Translations under genes and position numbers: made by a program | In this document: piece by piece, positions 57,301 through 64,000 of the stretch | How the letters are laid out: every line of letters starts with the position of its first letter | How positions within the stretch are numbered: the stretch's first letter is position 1 | Notes under the pieces: generated by a model | Told to the model about the DNA's origin: nothing | Databases searched by the model: none | What the model saw: only the letters and a program-made list of their open reading frames with translations | DNA from: Eledone cirrhosa | Taxonomy: Eukaryota | DNA: 64,000 nt | Assembly (NCBI GenBank): GCA_964016885.1 | Contig: OZ024741.1 | Location: 245,396,001 to 245,460,000, forward strand | Reading direction: 5' to 3'

Positions 57301-58520
57301 ATTTTTAATGGGTTTTTAATGGATTTTTTTAAATGGATTTTTTTAATGGATTTTTAATGGATTTTTTTAAATTGATTTTTTTTAATGGATTTTTTTTTTA
57401 ATGGATTTTTTTTTAATGGATTTTTTTTTAATGGATTTTTTTAATGGGTTTTTTAAATGGATTTTTTAATGGATTTTTAATGGATTTTTAATGGGTTTTT
57501 TTAAATTGATTTTTTTAATGGGTTTTTTTTAATGGCTTTTTTTTAATGGGTTTTTTTAATGGCTTTTTTAAATGGATTTTTTTAATGGATTTTTTAATGG
57601 ATTTTTTTTAATGGGTTTTTTAAATGGATTTTTTAATGGATTTTTTTAAATGGATTTTTTTAATGGATTTTTAATGGATTTTTTTAAATTGATTTTTTTT
57701 AATGGATTTTTTTTAATGGATTTTTTTTTTAATGGATTTTTTTAATGGGTTTTTTTAATGGCTTTTTTAAATGGATTTTTTTAATGGTTTTTTTTTAATG
57801 GGTTTTTTAAATGGATTTTTTAATGGATTTTTAATTGATTTTTAATGGATTTTTAATGGATTTTTAATGGGTTTTTAATGGATTTTTTTTAATGGATTTT
57901 TTTAATGGATTTTTAATGGATTTTTTTAATGGATTTTTTTAATGGGTTTTTTTAATGGATTTTTTTTAATGGATTTTTTTAATGGGTTTTTTTTAATGGA
58001 TTTTTTTTAATGGATTTTTTAAATGGATTTTTTTAATGGATTTTTTTTAATGGGTTTTTTTAAATGGATTTTTTTTAATGGATTTTTAAATGAATTTTTT
58101 TAATGGATTTTTTAATGGGTTTTTTAAATGGATTTTTTAATGGATTTTTAATGGATTTTTAATGGATTTTTAATGGATTTTTTAATGGATTTTTTTAAAT
58201 GGATTTTTTTAATGGATTTTTAATGCATTTTTTTTAATGGATTTTTTTAATGGATTTTTTTTTTAATGGATTTTTTTTTAATGGATTTTTTTTTAATGAA
58301 TTTTTTTTAATGGGTTTTTTAAATGGATTTTTTAATGGATTTTTAATGGATTTTTAATGGGTTTTTAATGGATTTTTTAATGGATTTTTTTAAATGGATT
58401 TTTTTAATGGATTTTTAATGGATTTTTTTTAATGGATTTTTTTAATGGATTTTTTAATGGATTTTTTAATGGATTTTTTTTAATGGATTTTTTTAATGGA
58501 TTTTTTAAATGGATTTTTTT
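45310..58520 (+). repeat. Higher-order tandem duplication, offset ~6,616 bp
   Basis: AATGAC 45390/52007, TTCTATGG 45422/52039, TTTTTGTTTT 46110/52727 and 49218/55834, TTCTTAA 47287/53904, AATAGA 49812/56426, AATGCA 51612/58226. Confidence 0.9.
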
Positions 58521-61500
58521 AATGGATTTTTTTAATGGTTTTTTTTTAATGGATTTTTTTTAATGGATTTTTAAATGGATTTTTTTAATGGATTTTTTTT
58601 AATGGGTTTTTTAAATGGATTTTTTAATGTATTTTTAATGGATTTTTAATGGATTTTTAATGGGTTTTTAATGGATTTTTTTAAATGGATTTTTTTAATG
58701 GATTTTTAATGGATTTTTTTAAATTGATTTTTTTTAATGGATTTTTTTTTTAATGGATTTTTTTTTAATGGATTTTTTTTTAATGGATTTTTTTAATGGG
58801 TTTTTTAAATGGATTTTTTAATGGATTTTTAATGGATTTATAATGGGTTTTTTTAAATTGATTTTTTTAATGGGTTTTTTTAATGGCTTTTTTTAAATGG
58901 GTTTTTTTAATGGCTTTTTTAAATGGATTTTTTTAATGGATTTTTTAATGGATTTTTTTTAATGGGTTTTTTAAATGGATTTTTTAATGGATTTTTTTAA
59001 ATGGATTTTTTTAATGGATTTTTAATGGATTTTTTTAAATTGATTTTTTTTAATGGATTTTTTTTAATGGATTTTTTTTTTAATGGATTTTTTTAATGGG
59101 TTTTTTTAATGGCTTTTTTAAATGGATTTTTTTAATGGTTTTTTTTTAATGGGTTTTTTAAATGGATTTTTTAATGGATTTTTAATTGATTTTTAATGGA
59201 TTTTTAATGGGTTTTTAATGGATTTTTGAAATGGATTTTTTAATGGATTTTTTTTAATGGGTTTTTTAAATGGATTTTTTTAATGGATTTTTAATGGATT
59301 TTTAATGGATTTTTAATGGGTTTTTAATGGATTTTTTAAATGGATTTTTTTAATGGATTTTTAATGGATTTTTTTAATGGATTTTTTTTAATGGTTTCTT
59401 TTAATGGATTTTTTTTTAATGGATTTTTTTTAATGGGTTTTTTTTTAATGGATTTTTTTTAATGGATTTTTTTAATGGATTTTTTAATGGATTTTTAATG
59501 GATTTTTTTTAATGGATTTTTTTAATGGATTTTTTAATGGATTTTTTTATGGATTTTTTTTAATGGATTTTTTTTAATGGATTTTTTAAATGGATTTTTT
59601 TAATGGATTTTTTGAATGGGTTTTTTTAATGGATTTCTTTTTAATGGATTTTTTAAATGGATTTTTTTAATGGATTTTTTTAATGGGTTTTTTAAATGGA
59701 TTTTTTAATGTATTTTTAATGGATTTTTAATGGATTTTTAATGGGTTTTTAATGGATTTTTTTTAATGGATTTTTTTAATGGATTTTTAATGGATTTTTT
59801 TAATGGATTTTTTTTAATGGGTTTTTTTTAATGGATTTTTTTTTAATGGATTTTTTTAATGGGTTTTTTAAATGGATTTTTTACTGGATTTTTAATGGAT
59901 TTTTAATGGGTTTTTAATGGATTTTTTTAAATTGATTTTTTTAATGGGTTTTTTTTAATGGCTTTTTTTTAATGGGTTTATTTAATGGCTTTTTTAAATG
60001 GATTTTTTAAATGGATTTTTTTAATGGATTTTTTTAAATGGGTTTTTTAAATGGATTTTTTAATGGATTTTTTTAATGGGTTTTTTAAATGGATTTTTTA
60101 ATGTATTTTTAATGGATTTTTAATGGATTTTTAATGGGTTTTTAATGGATTTTTTTTAATGGATTTTTTTAATGGATTTTTTTAATGGATTTTTTTTAAT
60201 GGGTTTTTTTAATGGCTTTTTTAAATGGATTTTTTTAATGGATTTTTTTTAATGGGTTTTTTTTTAATGGATTTTTTTTAATGGATTTTTTAAATGGATT
60301 TTTTTAATGAATTTTTTTTAATGGGTTTTTTTAAATGGATTTTTTTTAATGGATTTTTTAAATGAATTTTTTTAATGGATTTTTTTAATGGGTTTTTTAA
60401 ATGGATTTTTTAATGGATTTTTAATGGATTTTTAATGGGTTTTTAATGGATTTTTTAATGGATTTTTTTAAATGGATTTTTTTAATGGATTTTTAATGGA
60501 TTTTTTTTAATGGATTTTTTTAATGGATTTTTTAATGGATTTTTTAATGGATTTTTTTTAATGGATTTTTTTAATGGATTTTTTAAATGGATTTTTTAAT
60601 GGATTTTTTTAATGGGTTTTTTTTAATGGATTTTTTTTTAATGGATTTTTTAAATGGATTTTTTTAATGGATTTTTTTTAATGGGTTTTTTAAATGGATT
60701 TTTTAATGGATTTTTAATGGATTTTTAATGGATTTTTAATGGGTTTTTAATGGATTTTTTTAAATGGATTTTTTTAATGGATTTTTAATGGATTTTTTTA
60801 AATTGATTTTTTTTAATGGATTTTTTTTTTAATGGATTTTTTTTTAATGGATTTTTTTTTAATGGATTTTTTTAATGGGTTTTTTAAATGGATTTTTTAA
60901 TGGATTTTTAATGGACTTTTAATGGGTTTTTTTAAATTGATTTTTTTAATGGGTTTTTTTCAATGGCTTTTTTTTAATGGGTTTTTTTAATGGCTTTTTT
61001 AAATGGATTTTTTTAATGGATTTTTTAATGGATTTTTTTTAATGGGTTTTTTAAATGGATTTTTTAATGGATTTTTTTAAATGGATTTTTTTAATGGATT
61101 TTTAATGGATTTTTTTAAATTGATTTTTTTTAATGGATTTTTTTTAATGGATTTTTTTTTTAATGGATTTTTTTAATGGGTTTTTTAATGGCTTTTTTAA
61201 ATGGATTTTTTTAATGGTTTTTTTTTAATGGGTTTTTTAAATGGATTTTTTAATGGATTTTTAATTGATTTTTAATGGATTTTTAATGGGTTTTTAATGG
61301 ATTTTTTTAAATGGATTTTTTTAATGGATTTTTAATGGATTTTTTTAAATTGATTTTTTTAATGGATTTTTTTTTTAATGGATTTTTTTTAATGGATTTT
61401 TGTTTTAATGGATTTTTTTTAATGGGTTTTTTAAATGGATTTTTTAATGGATTTTTAATGGATTTTTAATGGGTTTTTAATGGATTTTTTTAAATGGATT

Positions 61501-64000
61501 TTTTTAATGGATTTTTAATGGCTTTTTTTAAATTGATTTTTTTAATGGGTTTTTTTAATGGCTTTTTTTTAATGGGTTTTTTTAATGGCTTTTTTAAATG
61601 GATTTTTTTAATGGATTTTTTTAATGGATTTTTTTTAATGGGTTTTTTAAATGGATTTTTTAATGGATTTTTTTAAATGTTTTTTTTAATGGATTTTTAA
61701 TGGATTTTTTTAAATTGATTTTTTTTTAATGGATTTTTTTTAATGGATTTTTTTTTAATGGATTTTTTTAATGGGTTTTTTTAATGGCTTTTTTAAATGG
61801 ATTTTTTTAATGGATTTTTTTATTGGATTTTTTTAATGGGTTTTTTAATGGATTTTTAATGGATTTTTTTAAATTGATTTTTTTTAATGGATTTTTTTTT
61901 TAATGGATTTTTTTTTAATGGATTTTTTTTTAATGGATTTTTTTTAATGGGTTTTTTTAATGGGTTTTTTAAATGGATTTTTTAATGGATTTTTAATAGA
62001 TTTTTAATGGATTTTTAATGGGTTTTTAATGGATTTTTTAAATGGATTTTTTTTAATGGATTTTTTTTAATGGGTTTTTTAAATGGATTTTTTTAATGGA
62101 TTTTTAATGGATTTTTAATGGATTTTTAATGGTTTTTAATGGATTTTTTAAATGGATTTTTTTAATGGATTTTTTATGGATTTTTTAAATTGATTTTTTT
62201 AATGGATTTTTTTTAATGGATTTTTTTTAATGGATTTTTTTTTTTAATGGATTTTTTTTTAATGGGTTTTTTTAATGGCTTTTTTAAATGGATTTTTTTA
62301 ATGGATTTCTTTAATGGATTTTTTTAATGGATTTTTTTAATGGGTTTTTTTAATGGCTTTTTTAAATGGATTTTTTTAATGGATTTTTTTTAATGGGTTT
62401 TTTTTTAATGGATTTTTTTTAATGGATTTTTTAAATGGATTTTTTTAATGAATTTTTTTTAATGGGTTTTTTTAAATGGATTTTTTTTAATGGATTTTTT
62501 AAATGAATTTTTTTAATGGATTTTTTTAATGGGTTTTTTAAATGGATTTTTTAATGGATTTTTAATGGATTTTTAATGGGTTTTTAATGGATTTTTTAAT
62601 GGATTTTTTTAAATGGATTTTTTTAATGGATTTTTAATGGATTTTTTTTAATGGATTTTTTTAATGGATTTTTTAATGGATTTTTTAATGGATTTTTTTT
62701 AATGGATTTTTTTAATGGATTTTTTAAATGGATTTTTTAATGGATTTTTTTAATGGGTTTTTTTTAATGGATTTTTTTTAATGGATTTTTTAAATGGATT
62801 TTTTTAATGGATTTTTTTTAATGGGTTTTTTAAATGGATTTTTTAATGGATTTTTAATGGATTTTTAATGGATTTTTAATGGGTTTTTAATGGATTTTTT
62901 TAAATGGATTTTTTTAATGGATTTTTAATGGATTTTTTTAAATTGATTTTTTTTAATGGATTTTTTTTTTAATGGATTTTTTTTTAATGGATTTTTTTTT
63001 AATGGATTTTTTTAATGGGTTTTTTAAATGGATTTTTTAATGGATTTTTAATGGATTTTTAATGGGTTTTTTTAAATTGATTTTTTTAATGGGTTTTTTT
63101 TAATGGCTTTTTTTTAATGGGTTTTTTTAATGGCTTTTTTAAATGGATTTTTTTAATGGATTTTTTAATGGATTTTTTTTAATGGGTTTTTTAAATGGAT
63201 TTTTTAATGGATTTTTTAAATGGATTTTTTTAATGGATTTTTAATGGATTTTTTTAAATTGATTTTTTTTAATGGATTTTTTTTAATGGATTTTTTTTTT
63301 AATGGATTTTTTTAATGGGTTTTTTTAATGGCTTTTTTAAATGGATTTTTTTAATGGTTTTTTTTTAATGGGTTTTTTAAATGGATTTTTTAATGGATTT
63401 TTAATTGATTTTTAATGGATTTTTAATGGATTTTTAATGGGTTTTTAATGGATTTTTTTTAATGGATTTTTTTAATGGATTTTTAATGGATTTTTTTAAT
63501 GGATTTTTTTAATGGGTTTTTTTAATGGATTTTTTTTTAATGGATTTTTTTAATGGGTTTTTTTTAATGGATTTTTTTTAATGGATTTTTTAAATGGATT
63601 TTTTTAATGGATTTTTTTTAATGGGTTTTTTTAAATGGATTTTTTTTAATGGATTTTTAAATGAATTTTTTTAATGGATTTTTTAATGGGTTTTTTAAAT
63701 GGATTTTTTAATGGATTTTTAATGGATTTTTAATGGATTTTTAATGGATTTTTTAATGGATTTTTTTAAATGGATTTTTTTAATGGATTTTTAATGCATT
63801 TTTTTTAATGGATTTTTTTAATGGATTTTTTTTTTAATGGATTTTTTTTTAATGGATTTTTTTTTAATGAATTTTTTTTAATGGGTTTTTTAAATGGATT
63901 TTTTAATGGATTTTTAATGGATTTTTAATGGGTTTTTAATGGATTTTTTAATGGATTTTTTTAAATGGATTTTTTTAATGGATTTTTAATGGATTTTTTT
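55250..64000 (+). repeat. Long-range copy of window positions ~1-8,750 (offset ~55,245 bp), itself containing the 5.57-kb duplication
   Basis: ACTGGA 4638/59884, GGAC 5670/60916, TTCAATGGC 5715/60961, ORF 6250/61494, AATGCA 2981/58226 and 8552/63797. Internal offsets are 5,568-5,572. Confidence 0.88.

Larger units (their letters stand above)
1..64000 (+). repeat. Tandem satellite array, monomer AATGGA(T)n (reverse strand (A)nTCCATT), 11-15 bp, extending past both window edges
   Basis: Every line parses as AAT-GG-A followed by a T run, or a close variant (AATGGG, AATGGC, AATGGT, AAATGG, AAATTGA, AATGAA, AATGTA, TATGGA). There is no unique-sequence interruption and no strand switch. The consensus implies about 60% T, 23% A, 15% G and <1% C on the + strand. 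Confidence 0.99.

Noticed and set aside
1-64000. CRISPR-like repeat-spacer array
   Set aside because: The constant part is only ~6 bp, the 'spacers' are homopolymers, and there are no unique spacers, leader or cas genes.
1-64000. Cryptic coding through slippery sites (TTTAAAT, TTTTTTA) or U insertion/deletion editing
   Set aside because: With the T-runs removed, only a monotonous AA-GGA skeleton remains, which holds no protein-like information. No guide or stimulatory structures are visible.
1-64000. TTAA sites as piggyBac-type transposon targets or footprints
   Set aside because: TTAA is intrinsic to the monomer junction. There are no terminal inverted repeats, transposase or insertions in the window.
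1-64000. G-quadruplex potential
   Set aside because: G-runs are mostly GG with 9-13 nt loops, and GGG units are not seen four in a row, so the canonical pattern is not met.
1-64000. Intrinsic or Pol III terminators at the T-runs
   Set aside because: There are no GC-rich hairpins and no upstream transcription units. The T-runs are simply part of the repeat.
1-64000. T-run variation as pure sequencing homopolymer noise
   Set aside because: Run lengths are reproduced in order between distant copies and correlate with head type, which random error would not do. Individual +/-1 differences and some duplications could still be assembly artefacts without read checks.

Overview
The whole 64-kb window is one uninterrupted, single-orientation, AT-rich satellite array. 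The monomer is AATGGA(T)n, with n mostly 5-9 (range about 4-14), so units are about 11-15 bp and the window holds roughly 5,000 of them (estimated from unit length). I see no genes, RNA genes, transposons or CRISPR array. The three 60-aa ORFs are chance read-throughs of duplicated repeat. The array is nevertheless ordered. Head variants (GGG, GGC, AAATGG, AAATTG, ATGAA) and T-run lengths form fixed multi-monomer phrases. Rare point variants, traced by eye, reveal nested higher-order duplications with offsets of about 272 bp, 1.63-1.66, 3.46, 4.9-5.0, 5.57, 6.62, 7.47, 15.25, 35.6 and 55.25 kb. Two sub-families carry different marker sets: A at about 1-22.9 kb and 44.7-64 kb, and B at about 22.9-44.7 kb. 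The window most likely comes from eukaryotic heterochromatin (centromeric, pericentromeric or subtelomeric). The organism and function cannot be determined from sequence alone. Block boundaries are approximate; marker positions were counted by hand.
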